This document shows positions 1 to 9,888 of a stretch of DNA of 64,000 bases, one piece after another (positions within the stretch are counted from its first letter, which is position 1; each line of letters opens with the position of its first letter). The notes under the pieces were generated by a model that saw only the letters and a program-made list of their open reading frames with translations, had not been told where the DNA came from and did not search any database. The DNA lies in NCBI GenBank assembly GCA_965223425.1, contig OZ245003.1, positions 1,088,001 to 1,152,000 of the forward strand, read 5' to 3'. A program made the translations under genes and the position numbers. Source of the stretch: Nitrosopumilus sp. (GTDB lineage: Archaea > Thermoproteota > Nitrososphaeria > Nitrososphaerales > Nitrosopumilaceae).

Positions 1-858
1 CAACACGTATTTTCCGGTATGTACGGAATTGCAATTGTTGATCCAGCCAATGGATACAAGAAACTAATGGTAGAGAAAACAAGTGGTAGCGGCGAGTTAG
101 ACAGAATGTTCTACGATGCTGATGCACTAGAGTTCCAACTACAGTTCAACCAATTATATCTTACACCTGAGGGCAACTATGATGCAGGAGCAATGTTCCA
201 ACATCATAACAGCGCAACAGTTGTTAACGGTATTCAATTTGGCTATGTTCCAAACATGTTGCACAACATCCTTCTAAAGGGTGATGCAAACAAGAACGTC
301 TTTGTAGCACAACCATGGAATGGTCTTGAACTAGAAAATATGCAATCACAACTCATGTATGTTGAAAATGATCAACACGTGAGACTCTTTGTTGAAAACC
401 ATGGTAACGAACCACTATTCTTCCACATTGTTGGAGAAATCTTGGATAGAGTTACACAAGGCAACAGAGTACAATCTGGAGCAACTGAAACATGGCTACT
501 TGGCGGTTCACAGAACATGATTGTAGATTTGGTCTTTGATGAACCAGGAGCTTACGCATTTCTAAACCACGACTATGCAGCAATTTACACTGGCGGCATT
601 GGTCTTTTCATTGCAGGTGATCCATTTGGATTAAACCCACGATTGATTGATGCAGGCATCTTAACTGATCCTGTTCCTTCATATGCATATGTATTAGGCA
701 ACCCAAGCAGTGCTGTACCACCAATGGGGGCAAACAGTATTGAACACCCAGCAGTAAACATTCATGGTCTGTACACTGATAATGTGGTTTCTGAAAAGAA
801 AGATGCAGGTATGATTCCTTTATGGGAAGTAATACCAACATTACCACCAGTACCATAG
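1..858 (+). CDS. nirK: Copper nitrite reductase-like multicopper oxidase, C-terminal part (5' end lies before the window)
   Basis: The frame is open from base 1 (QHVFSGMYG..., type-1 Cu ligand region). Cupredoxin motifs FFHIVGE and PGAYAFLNHD resemble AOA NirK. Confidence 0.75.
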   Translation, partial: QHVFSGMYGIAIVDPANGYKKLMVEKTSGSGELDRMFYDADALEFQLQFNQLYLTPEGNYDAGAMFQHHNSATVVNGIQFGYVPNMLHNILLKGDANKNVFVAQPWNGLELENMQSQLMYVENDQHVRLFVENHGNEPLFFHIVGEILDRVTQGNRVQSGATETWLLGGSQNMIVDLVFDEPGAYAFLNHDYAAIYTGGIGLFIAGDPFGLNPRLIDAGILTDPVPSYAYVLGNPSSAVPPMGANSIEHPAVNIHGLYTDNVVSEKKDAGMIPLWEVIPTLPPVP

Positions 859-903
859 ATAGGTACTAACTTCAATCTTTTTCTATTTTTTCTTGATAAA
901 CTC

Positions 904-1044
904 GGTTCTGTAACGTTGTCGGTACATGACAAAATACGGATCTTCTCTGGATTGAAATAACAAATGGAAGACTTTGATTCAAAACGCCTCATTGAGCCAA
1001 TACCAGTAGTGATTTTGGTCATGTACCGATAACTTCACAGAACC
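904..1044. mobile_element. MITE, IS6-family-like ends
   Basis: Imperfect ~32-bp TIR ggttctgtaacgttgtcggtacatgac / gtcatgtaccgataacttcacagaacc. Exact 8-bp direct repeat ataaactc at 896-903 and 1045-1052. Confidence 0.85.
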
Positions 1045-1088
1045 ATAAACTCATAATGGTTATATTCGGTGAATGAAGGCAATCATTC

Positions 1089-2021
1089 ATGGGTTTTGAT
1101 GAATCTGTTTTAATCTGTGACGAAGTAGATCCAATACTGAACAAAATTTTAGAAGACAACGGTCTGAATGTTTCTTATGAACCAACCATTACTTCTGAAC
1201 AAATCTTGGAAAAAATTTCTAGTTTTAATATTGTAATTGTAAGAAGCAGAACTACCATTACTAAAGAGATGGTAGAAAAGGCAGAAAGTTGTAAGATAAT
1301 TGCGCGTGTTGGAGTTGGACTTGATAATGTCGATCAGGAAACGGCCAAAGCAAAAAACATTCGTGTCATTAATGCTGTAGAAGGCGCGATGAATGCAGTA
1401 GCTGAACTAGTCTTGGGACTGATGTTGTCTTTAGCAAGACAGACGGTTAGAGGCGATAGATCTATACGAAATGAGCAATGGCTCAAAAAAGAATTGAAAG
1501 GAACAGAACTTCGAGGAAAGTATCTTGGAATAATTGGTTTAGGAAACATTGGAAAAAGATTGGGAAGACTTGCACGTGCACTTAACATGAACATTATCGG
1601 ATATGACGTAATCCCCATTGATGAAGAGTTTTCCAAAGAAGTTGGTTTAATGAAAGCTGACTTGAATACCCTTTTGCAAAGCTCTGACTACGTTTCAATA
1701 CACGTTCCATTGTTGGATTCAACGTATCATCTTTTGGATGCTCAAAAAATGTCTATGATGAAAAATACTGCAAAAATTATTAACACATCTAGAGGTGGCG
1801 TTGTCGATGAAGACGCACTTTATGACGCTTTAAAAAATGGTACTTTGGGCGGTGCAGCGTTGGATGTGTTTGAAAAGGAACCTGCTATTGGAAACAAATT
1901 GGCTGAACTAGATAATGTAATTTTAACGCCTCATGTTGGCGCTCAAACCAAAGAGGCTCAATCTTTGGCTGCAAACGTAATTGCTGAAAAGATTATTCAG
2001 ATACTTCGGGGCGTAATCTAA
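1089..2021 (+). CDS. serA: D-2-hydroxyacid dehydrogenase (D-3-phosphoglycerate dehydrogenase family)
   Basis: Motifs GVGLDNVD, GIIGLGNIG (Rossmann), INTSRGGVVDE, ALDVFEKEP and TPHVGAQT. Confidence 0.85.
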   Translation: MGFDESVLICDEVDPILNKILEDNGLNVSYEPTITSEQILEKISSFNIVIVRSRTTITKEMVEKAESCKIIARVGVGLDNVDQETAKAKNIRVINAVEGAMNAVAELVLGLMLSLARQTVRGDRSIRNEQWLKKELKGTELRGKYLGIIGLGNIGKRLGRLARALNMNIIGYDVIPIDEEFSKEVGLMKADLNTLLQSSDYVSIHVPLLDSTYHLLDAQKMSMMKNTAKIINTSRGGVVDEDALYDALKNGTLGGAALDVFEKEPAIGNKLAELDNVILTPHVGAQTKEAQSLAANVIAEKIIQILRGVI

Positions 2022-2131
2022 CCACACGTATAATTTCTACGCATGAATTAAAAATAAGTAAAAAAGCTTGACTTGTACGTGACTTATTATCGCCCCTTCA
2101 TTTTTAACACCCATTTGGAGGATTTCATATC

Positions 2132-3016
2132 GTGTTGAACAGCATCGGTATGGATAAGCTGCAATCTGAAAGGCTGAAACACTTTCCTAATGTTGATTCT
2201 CTGTTAAAAGTCTCATTTGGATTGATGCTGTTTACAATCATATCCTCTGCACTAGTATACGCTGAAACCCTTTCAGTAGAAGTTGGTGGAACTTCATATG
2301 ATGTTGATTATACTGTAACTGGAATGACAGTATCGGGAATTGAGTCTGACTTTGGTTTTATCTCCTTGATAATTACTGTTGATGTTCCTGATTCAACTGG
2401 AACATTGGATATTACGTTTGACAGATCTTTTTTTGATTCTACTTTTGAAGGAGTAGATGATGATTTTATTATTTTAGCAGATGGTGATGAAGCAACTTCT
2501 ACAGAAACTAATACAAATTCTCAAAGCCGAACTTTGAGTATTGAGTTGCCTGCAGGAACTGCAGATGTCGAAATCATTGGTTCTGTATTTGGCATATCTG
2601 CTCTTGAAGAAACACCAGAAGAAACACCAGAAGAAGCACCAGAAGAAGCACCAGAAGAAGCACCAGAAGAAGCACCAGAAGAAGCACCAGAAGAAGCACC
2701 AGAAGAAGCACCAGAAGAAGCACCAGAAGAAACACCAGAAGAAGCACCAGTTAAAGATAAACCAAAAACCCAATGCGGTCCTGGAACCATTCTCAAAGAT
2801 GGAGTATGTGTTCTGGATGAAAGATGCGGTCCCGGAACCATTCTCAAAAATGGTGTATGTGTACTTGACTCAACACCACAACCTGCTGCTGGAACCGGAA
2901 CAAGCAAAGGAATGGGTAAAGAATTGATCACTGGAGTTATTGCAGCATTTGCAGCTGCAGGGACTGTTGGAATTATTTTAGGATTAATTGCAAAAGCCGG
3001 TAAGAGCAGACCTTAA
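2132..3016 (+). CDS. Membrane-anchored surface protein with EEAP linker and Cys-rich repeats
   Basis: Signal peptide ending ...ALVYAE and a thaumarchaeal PEFG-type beta domain (DDDFIILADGDE). Then (EEAP)n, two CGPGTILKxGVC repeats and a C-terminal TM helix. Start codon uncertain. Confidence 0.75.
   Translation: MLNSIGMDKLQSERLKHFPNVDSLLKVSFGLMLFTIISSALVYAETLSVEVGGTSYDVDYTVTGMTVSGIESDFGFISLIITVDVPDSTGTLDITFDRSFFDSTFEGVDDDFIILADGDEATSTETNTNSQSRTLSIELPAGTADVEIIGSVFGISALEETPEETPEEAPEEAPEEAPEEAPEEAPEEAPEEAPEEAPEETPEEAPVKDKPKTQCGPGTILKDGVCVLDERCGPGTILKNGVCVLDSTPQPAAGTGTSKGMGKELITGVIAAFAAAGTVGIILGLIAKAGKSRP
2606..2749 (+). repeat. 12-bp tandem repeat x12 (gaagaa[g/a]cacca, EEAP/EETP)
   Basis: Counted directly: 144 bp, in frame. 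Confidence 0.95.
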
Positions 3017-3528
3017 TCACAAGACAAATCTTCTGCTTTCATCGTTTTATCCAAATCAAATCCTGATATCTGATTGATAGAAGAATAGGGAATTATTCCT
3101 AATATGGGCGTGTTTGTCTCTATTACTACAATAAACCTGTTAGGATCAAGTCTGATGACTCCTCCATCAAACTCAAAATCCAATGTCATGAAAACATGCT
3201 GAGCTTCAGAAATATATTCACTTGAAAAAATTCCTTCGTGAACTGCTGATGAAACTGGATTGATTGTTAATGGTTCTACTGCCAATGAGCCCAAATGTTT
3301 AGAATCATAAAATGTTGCTATTTCAAACTTTTGTAAACTAACCCAGAGTGGCATTGCATTGCAAAATTCCACTTCTCCATCATTTGACATCGTAAAAAAA
3401 CTAAATTCTCCGGGCTGGTGCCATCTGTATTCTAATTGGGATGCTCCAAGAATACTTAATCCTGAATGAGCAAACGGAATAATGATTACTATTATTGCTA
3501 TTATTGTGATAATTGAATATTTATTCAT
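3013..3528 (-). CDS. Hypothetical membrane-anchored protein
   Basis: 171-aa ORF with an N-terminal TM helix; overlaps the upstream ORF by 4 nt. Confidence 0.7.
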   Translation of the reverse strand: MNKYSIITIIAIIVIIIPFAHSGLSILGASQLEYRWHQPGEFSFFTMSNDGEVEFCNAMPLWVSLQKFEIATFYDSKHLGSLAVEPLTINPVSSAVHEGIFSSEYISEAQHVFMTLDFEFDGGVIRLDPNRFIVVIETNTPILGIIPYSSINQISGFDLDKTMKAEDLSCD

Positions 3529-4181
3529 GCTTCATTTTCATTTCCTGTTGATAATGAAATAACGTCTTCATCGACAAGATGATTTATCACTTGAGCAAAA
3601 TCTTCATCTGAAATTGCTCCTTGAACCCACCAATATCCTACAGCTTTTACCCAATTTGGTATATCTATTTCATGAATATTGCTCTCATTGATTTCAAATG
3701 GTATGTTGATTAATTCTGCATCAACATATTTCTGAAATGCATCTACTAGGTATCCATCTGACATTTTAGCATTAAGCCATTCTATCAAAAACTGTTTGAC
3801 TATTATTGGAATGCAAATACTGTTTGAATCAATTAAATCAAATTCTGCTGTAAACTGTGCACCAGAATATTCTACATCTATGAAATATTTTCCTAGTGGA
3901 AATATCTCTTCTTCAAATGCAAGTAATGATGGAACTGGATTTTGCAAGCTTGTAATCGGAATTGGAATTGCACTGCTTCCTTTACCGGCTTCATCTCTGA
4001 TGTGAATAATCGCAGAATCTCCTGTAATCTCGGAAACTTCAATCGTGTAGAATAATTTTTCACAGTACTTGTATGTCGTTTTTTCCATTACAATAGTAAC
4101 TGATGGCTCTGCATATGCGGCTGGTAAAAATACAAAACTTATTGCCAAAATTATGGGCAAAATTGCTTTTCTGGCCTTCAT
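3525..4181 (-). CDS. Secreted protein with thaumarchaeal IPxWVK C-terminal domain
   Basis: Signal peptide ending ...PAAYAE; C-terminal IPNWVKAVGYWWVQGAISDEDFAQVINHL motif. Confidence 0.75.
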   Translation of the reverse strand: MKARKAILPIILAISFVFLPAAYAEPSVTIVMEKTTYKYCEKLFYTIEVSEITGDSAIIHIRDEAGKGSSAIPIPITSLQNPVPSLLAFEEEIFPLGKYFIDVEYSGAQFTAEFDLIDSNSICIPIIVKQFLIEWLNAKMSDGYLVDAFQKYVDAELINIPFEINESNIHEIDIPNWVKAVGYWWVQGAISDEDFAQVINHLVDEDVISLSTGNENEA

Positions 4182-4352
4182 CTTCTTTTTTTCTATTATC
4201 GCTCAATAAAAATCTCAAACCGATACTGAATATATTGATAAGTTGGCGGGCGTTTTCGTAATTTTCCTAGTTTTCAAGTAAGTGTAAAGTTAGGCAAGAT
4301 CTAGATTAGTTCACATATAATTTGAGGATTTATTCAAGATTTTAACATATGA

Positions 4353-4948
4353 CAGTAGTTGGGATTGTACCGTTCCAAAACAGCCCACAAATCACCCGAT
4401 AGGCGGTGGCCACCTGGCATACACATATTCTGCAAACACGCGGATCATCCTGTTTAAAACACCGGCAAGTGTCACATGGTACCTTTGTCTGCCCACCGTG
4501 CGACGCAGGCCTATCCAAATGTTAGACCTTATGCGTAATCGACTAAGAATTCAAAATCAAATTGGTTTACTAAGGTAAAAATCATCTAGCAATATTAGTT
4601 TGATCGATTACGCATAAGGTCTGTTGTTTAGCACCAGTGATAAAACAAACAAAAGCATCCGTACGGAGGGGTTCCTGCTGGCAGTGCGCGGGCGTATGCT
4701 CTTTGCAGACCTGTACCCCGTTTCAATTCCCCACCGTTTTTTGTACTGCTCTGGGATGTACTTGATAACGTCCATTTCGCTCTCGTATGGCAGCGACGTT
4801 GCAAATGCGCGATACCTGTCAAACATGGTGCCGTCTTTTTTCCTGGCGTCATCCCTGATCAGAACCAGGTTGAACGTGAACTTTTCGGAGCCTGATTTTA
4901 TGGTGTACCTAGAGACATTGCCGCGCTTTCCTTGGGCGTGCTGTACAA
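4353..4948 (-). pseudogene. ISH3-family element A, C-terminal transposase fragment and end
   Basis: End sequence cagtagttggg at 4353; translation FATSL...YKKRWGIETGYR...; interrupted by a MITE at 4524-4622. Confidence 0.75.
4524..4622. mobile_element. 99-bp MITE (copy 1)
   Basis: TIR agaccttatgcgtaatcga / tcgattacgcataaggtct; gtt duplicated on both sides; near-identical copy at 46878-46976. Confidence 0.9.
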
Positions 4949-5758
4949 CAGTAGATGAAAATGTACTAGCCAGCAGACGGCTGTTCTGGCCAAATCCCCC
5001 TGCCAGGAACCACATCAGCAGAAAATTTTTCCATCAGCTCGAACATTATCAGCAGAGGAATAACGGCAACATCACGCCGCCCTCCATTGCATCTCCCGGA
5101 CCTTGCAGCCGGTATTACCCACAAATTATACATTACAAGTGCCATAAAGAACAGAAATATTCTGATGACTGCGTTCTGGCCGGTGGTTTTGGGCCTTGAT
5201 CTCTCTGCGTCCCGGTACCCCGTTTCTATGCCCCACCTCTTTTTGTACTCCTCTGGAATCCCTTCTGTCTCAAAGAGCGGGTTACGGCAGTCAAGGTTGG
5301 TGGCATACACCAAATATCTGTCCGGTGTGTTCTCCGAATCCCATCCCCCCCCTATCTCCCTTCTTTTTTGCCACAATGACCAGCCGAAACGACCGGCCCT
5401 GCTTGTGCTTGCGTGTCATAAGCGTGTGCGTGGAGACTGCATCCCTCTTGCCGTCGTGGTGATCCAGTATTGCCCTTTTTATTGCAAAAGTTTTTGATGC
5501 CGGCATGATGAATCCGTGATCTGCCTGCCGGATCTCCCTTGTGACATCGCTTGAAAAGAATCCGCGGTCAAGCAGCAGCAGCAGTTTGCACCGAACCCCC
5601 ACATCGGCGCAGTCCTGCAGCAGATCACGCACGATACAGGCAGGTTTGTACCCCTTTTTGAGGGGCCTGCATGCCACATCAAGGTTGGGCCTGTCCACGC
5701 ACTGCATCGTGGCGTATCCCTAACCTGGCGGTTCCATTCCTGTGTTTTGAGCGCACCA

Positions 5759-6900
5759 TAGTTAGCATATTAAATAATTGAACATTTTCACAGGCAGGAT
5801 CTCCTTTCTGGCAAACAGCGTGCGTACTGACTGCTCCATCTCATCTAGCGTGCCAAACACCTTTGCAGACAGTACCCGCTTTATCACCCTCCACTGCATC
5901 TCAATGGGATTAAGCTCCGGCGTGTACGGCAGCAGGTACTCCAGAACTATCTCGCCGTTGTATCTTTCCAGAAACTTCTTTACCTTTTTGGATTTGTGAT
6001 ATGACGCATTGTCTACAAACAGCAGCACCTTGCCGAATCTTTTGTGAACCCGTTCCAAAAAGCTGCAAAAGCTGTCGCTGTTTGACTTTTCATAAAACAT
6101 AAAGTAAAATGCGCTTGCTGACAGGACTCCAAAGATGTATCTTCTCTTGCGTGACAAAACAGAGGGGGATGTGGCGCGCTTGCCGCGCCTTCTCCACCCG
6201 TAGCCGGGCCTGTTTGATGCCTTTTGAATCGAGGATGCATCGCCGGCCAGTACGGTGTATCCCTGCGCCGACTTTTCTGCAACGAGTTTTTTTGCCCGCT
6301 CCTGAAACTCTTTTTGCTTTCTTTTTGAGGCTGATCTTGGGTTTTTTGGACGCGCCTTGCTCCACGAAAAGCCCATCTCCTTGATCAGTTGCAGCACGCC
6401 TGCCTTGCTGTACTGCACGCCGAACTTTCGCTTGATGTGCAGCCTTGCGAGGTTGGAGTCCCACAGGCTGCTCTCAAAGCCGCATGACTCCGGCCCCGCA
6501 TCCAGGTCTGCTGCAAGCTGTCCTGCCTGCGGCCCGCCTAGCAGGTGCTTTCGTCCCCTGCCGCTGCGCTCGAACCTTGCGCGCATTCCCTCTTCCTGTG
6601 CGCGGTTGAGCCATGCAGATATGGTGGACTTGGGCCTTCCCAGCATCCTTCCAATCCTGTCTAGCGGCACGCCGTCCTTGCGCTGCATGTACGCAAGCAG
6701 CCTGTCGCGTCTTCTGGGATCGGTCTCTTTTTTGTATGCCCTTTTGAGGTCTGCAACGCTGGTGTTTGGCAGAAATTTTGCCCCCCTTGCAACCTGTCTC
6801 TTTTTTTGTTTGTACATGCAGTGTGTGCGGTATGGCCGGTCTTGGATCTTTTGGCCAAAAATAATTGTCAAAATGATTCAGTTTTTTTATGTGCATACTA
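5759..6900 (-). mobile_element. IS630-family element A
   Basis: Imperfect TIR tagttagcatattaaataattgaacatttt versus reverse complement of the right end tagtatgcacataaaaaaactgaatcatttt; CA on both flanks. Confidence 0.85.
5762..6871 (-). CDS. IS630-family transposase (intact)
   Basis: N-terminal HTH, then GDAS, VDNASYHK and LLPYTPELNPIE DDE motifs. Confidence 0.9.
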   Translation of the reverse strand: MTIIFGQKIQDRPYRTHCMYKQKKRQVARGAKFLPNTSVADLKRAYKKETDPRRRDRLLAYMQRKDGVPLDRIGRMLGRPKSTISAWLNRAQEEGMRARFERSGRGRKHLLGGPQAGQLAADLDAGPESCGFESSLWDSNLARLHIKRKFGVQYSKAGVLQLIKEMGFSWSKARPKNPRSASKRKQKEFQERAKKLVAEKSAQGYTVLAGDASSIQKASNRPGYGWRRRGKRATSPSVLSRKRRYIFGVLSASAFYFMFYEKSNSDSFCSFLERVHKRFGKVLLFVDNASYHKSKKVKKFLERYNGEIVLEYLLPYTPELNPIEMQWRVIKRVLSAKVFGTLDEMEQSVRTLFARKEILPVKMFNYLIC

Positions 6901-7106
6901 CAGCTGTTTTTCTCTGGTATCGGAGCTCCTGTCGTACCGCGGTATGTTGTGCGTGTCAATTGCCATGACATGCGGGGTTCTGCGCAGGAGGCCTGCCTGT
7001 GTTGCGCACAGTACGGTCTTGCGCACCATCTCCCGGCACCTCTTCTCCATGATGTGCCTGTCAGAACATGTGTCCCTTATCTTCCCCAGAACCCACACCG
7101 ATGACG

Positions 7107-8236
7107 TAGTGAATTGGATTAACAATCGGTCACAAAACAGACAACATTGTTTTATCACAAGATCTAGATCCCAGTGTATGGCAGAATCCGCATGAAATAC
7201 AACAATTCTGCAATACCGGCAGACAGAAGGTTCCTGTCCGGCGTCTCCAGTGCGCGCCTGCGCAGCATGCACAAAAAGGAGACAGATCCCAGGGCCGCAG
7301 CAAGACTGCTGGCATATGCCATGCGCAAGGAGGGCATGTCCATACGCCGGATATGCATGGCCCTCAACAGATCATACTCTACAGTACGGGACTGGCTTGT
7401 GCGCGCCGCACAGCTTGGCACCTACGGCAGGTACGACATCAAAAACAAAGGCGCGCCAAACAAGCTCGATCCGGAACAGACAAAGCAGCTGCGCGCAGAC
7501 CTGCTGGCAGGCCCGCGCAGTTGCGGGTTCGAGTCCGGAGTGTGGACGGCACCGCTGCTGGCCGTACACATCAGAAAAAAGTTCGGCGTGCAGTATGCCA
7601 CTGTCAGCATATATGACATACTGCACAGGATGGGCTTTTCGTGCAGAAAGCCGCGTCCAAAGCACCCAAGTCAGCCTCAGAATCAGAGAAAAAAAAGTTT
7701 AAAAAAAAGCAGGGGAGATAATCCGGAGCCATCCAGGCCATACGGTGGTTACAGTTGACGAGGCCTCCTTTATCATTGGGTGGAATGCCAAGAACGGGTG
7801 GTACCCCAGGGGCAGGCCCGTCACCACTCCAGTCAGCCTGTCGCGCAAAAGGTTCTACTCGTTTGGGGCACTGTACGACGGAGGCTTTGACTGCAGGTTC
7901 TATGCCAAGGCCGACAGCTACGGCTTTGTGGACATGCTCGGACACCTGCATCTCAAGCACGGCAAGATCATCGCCTTTCTTGATAACGCATCGTACCACA
8001 AGTCAAAGATGGTCAATGATTTTGTCGACTCGTATGACGGCGACATAGTCCCTGTTTACTTGCCCGTGTACACCCCGGAGCTGAATCCCGCAGAGGGGCA
8101 GTGGAGGCTGTTAAGAAGGGCCACTGCAAACGTGATGTATGAAAGTACAAAGGTGATGAAGGAATCCATATGGACAATGCTGGATAGACGTGAGGTCAGG
8201 ATAACAAGGATGAGCGGTTATTTATCCTAGTCACTA
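7107..8236 (+). mobile_element. IS630-family element B, copy 1 (frameshifted transposase, ORFs 7174-7758 and 7745-8230)
   Basis: TIR tagtgaattggattaacaatc / ggttatttatcctagtcacta. It is 2 nt shorter than copies 2 and 3, with indels near 7670-7710. Confidence 0.9.
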
Positions 8237-8317
8237 CGTGCACCCGTGTCTTGAAGCCTGTTGTGCCGTACGAGGGATTCTACAAACGTGTTTCTCTCAG
8301 ACGCCCTGATTAGCACG

Positions 8318-9449
8318 TAGTGACTAGGATAAATAACCGCTCATCCTTGTTATCCTGACCTCACGTCTATCCAGCATTGTCCATATGGATTCCTTCATCA
8401 CCTTTGTGCTTTCATACATCACGTTTGCAGTGGCCCTTCTTAACAGCCTCCACTGCCCCTCCGTGGTATTCAGCTCCGGGGTGTACACGGGCAAGTAAAC
8501 AAGGACTATGTCGCCGTCATACGAGTCGACAAAATCATTGACCATCTTTGACTTGTGGTATGATGCGTTATCAAGAAAGACGATGATCTTGCCGTGCTTG
8601 AGATGCAGGTGTCCGAGCATGTCCACAAAGCTGTAGCTGTTGGCCTTGGCATAGAACCTGCAGTCAAAGCCGCCGTCGTACAGCGCCCCAAACGAGTAGA
8701 ACCTTTTGCGCGACAGGCTGACTGGAGTGGTGACGGGCCTGCCCTTGAGGTACCACCCGTTCTTGGTATTCCACCCAATGATAAAGGAGGCCTCATCAAC
8801 TGTAATCACCGTATGGTCTGGATGGCTCCGGATTATCTCCCCTGCTTTTTTTTTAAACTCTTTTTTCTCTGATTCTGAGGCTGATTTTGGGTGCTTTGGA
8901 CGCGGCTTTCTGCACGAAAAGCCCATCCTGTGCAGTATGTCATATATGCTGACAGTGGCATACTGCACGCCGAACTTTTTTCTGATGTGTACGGCCAGCA
9001 GCGGTGCCGTCCACACTCCGGACTCGAACCCGCAACTGCGCGGGCCTGCCAGCAGGTCTGCGCGCAGCTGCTTTGTCTGTTCCGGATCGAGCTTGTTTGG
9101 CGCGCCTTTGTTTTTGATGTCGTACCTGCCGTAGGTGCCAAGCTGTGCGGCGCGCACAAGCCAGTCCCGTACTGTAGAGTATGATCTGTTGAGGGCCATG
9201 CATATCCGGCGTATGGACATGCCCTCCTTGCGCATGGCATATGCCAGCAGTCTTGCTGCGGCCCTGGGATCTGTCTCCTTTTTGTGCATGCTGCGCAGGC
9301 GCGCACTGGAGACGCCGGACAGGAACCTTCTGTCTGCCGGTATTGCAGAATTGTTGTATTTCATGCGGATTCTGCCATACACTGGGATCTAGATCTTGTG
9401 GTTGAATAATGTTGTCTGTTTTGTGAGCGATTGTTAATCCAATTCACTA
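8318..9449 (-). mobile_element. IS630-family element B, copy 2
   Basis: 1132 bp with the same TIRs; flanks gcacg| and |cgtcc. Confidence 0.9.
8324..9382 (-). CDS. IS630-family transposase (intact)
   Basis: VDEAS, LDNASYHKS and LPVYTPELN motifs. Confidence 0.9.
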   Translation of the reverse strand: MYGRIRMKYNNSAIPADRRFLSGVSSARLRSMHKKETDPRAAARLLAYAMRKEGMSIRRICMALNRSYSTVRDWLVRAAQLGTYGRYDIKNKGAPNKLDPEQTKQLRADLLAGPRSCGFESGVWTAPLLAVHIRKKFGVQYATVSIYDILHRMGFSCRKPRPKHPKSASESEKKEFKKKAGEIIRSHPDHTVITVDEASFIIGWNTKNGWYLKGRPVTTPVSLSRKRFYSFGALYDGGFDCRFYAKANSYSFVDMLGHLHLKHGKIIVFLDNASYHKSKMVNDFVDSYDGDIVLVYLPVYTPELNTTEGQWRLLRRATANVMYESTKVMKESIWTMLDRREVRITRMSGYLS

Positions 9450-9714
9450 CGTCCAGTATGTCATTGCATCCGTATACGGCGTTGTGCCTCTCAGACATGG
9501 CATGCCAAGCTTTTGAAACGACGAGCGCAGGATTTTAAACCGGTTTGATGTTATATTGTACTGGCGTGCGATCAGTTCGTCTTGTAATTCGACTTTCATG
9601 ACATATTGCACGCCGTAGCCTAATCTGGATCTTTGCATTGCAGTTAGGCGGTAACGCACCGGCATCTGGGCACAAACCTACATCTGGGCACAAACCTACA
9701 TCTGGGAACTACTG

Positions 9715-9830
9715 ATATGCTGGGCAAATCCATCTGCATTTTTACTCGTAAAAGTAGAATAGTCATTTTTCAGACCTATTGGAGTTCCGCCATCATCTAC
9801 TCCGATAAGTATACTGCCGATCAAAAGTTC
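9715..9830 (-). pseudogene. Fragment of an AlbA_2/Schlafen-like domain
   Basis: Minus-strand translation GSILIGVDDGGTPIGLKNDY...DGFAQHI fits the GxLxIGVxDxG motif; truncated by the ISH3 end. Confidence 0.5.
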
Positions 9831-9888
9831 TTGAGGCGGATAGACCTTCTGCATATGAACTTCATCACATCCAGTCCCGGTAGAACTA

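Larger units (their letters stand above)
4949..7106 (-). pseudogene. ISH3-family element B transposase, frameshifted, interrupted by IS630 and 5'-truncated
   Basis: cagtag end at 4949. Motifs AIDTHNIPRY (~6900-7100), LLLDRGFFS (~5550) and YKKRWGIETGYR (~5230) lie in different frames. Confidence 0.8.
8237..9714 (-). pseudogene. ISH3-family element C, N-terminal part and end, interrupted by IS630-B copy 2
   Basis: 8237-8317 and 9450-9714 match the ISH3 copy at 30535-30750 and 31841-31963. End gggaactactg at 9714; 18-bp subterminal repeats at 9663-9706. Confidence 0.8.

Noticed and set aside
2474-2931. Striking (CFFW)n, (KKHQ)n and (SSGA)n ORFs
   Set aside because: They are alternative-frame shadows of the 12-bp EEAP repeat in the real gene.
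5761-6898. Conventional boundaries with a TA TSD for IS630-A
   Set aside because: Excision under this model leaves the host ISH3 frame shifted, while the CA model restores it.
7660-7760. Programmed frameshift in IS630-B copy 1
   Set aside because: Copies 2 and 3 are single ORFs. Copy 1 is simply 2 nt shorter, so this is mutation or sequencing error.
6000-9400. Numerous overlapping Cys/Arg-rich ORFs within IS elements
   Set aside because: They are shadow ORFs expected in GC-rich transposase genes and have no recognisable motifs.
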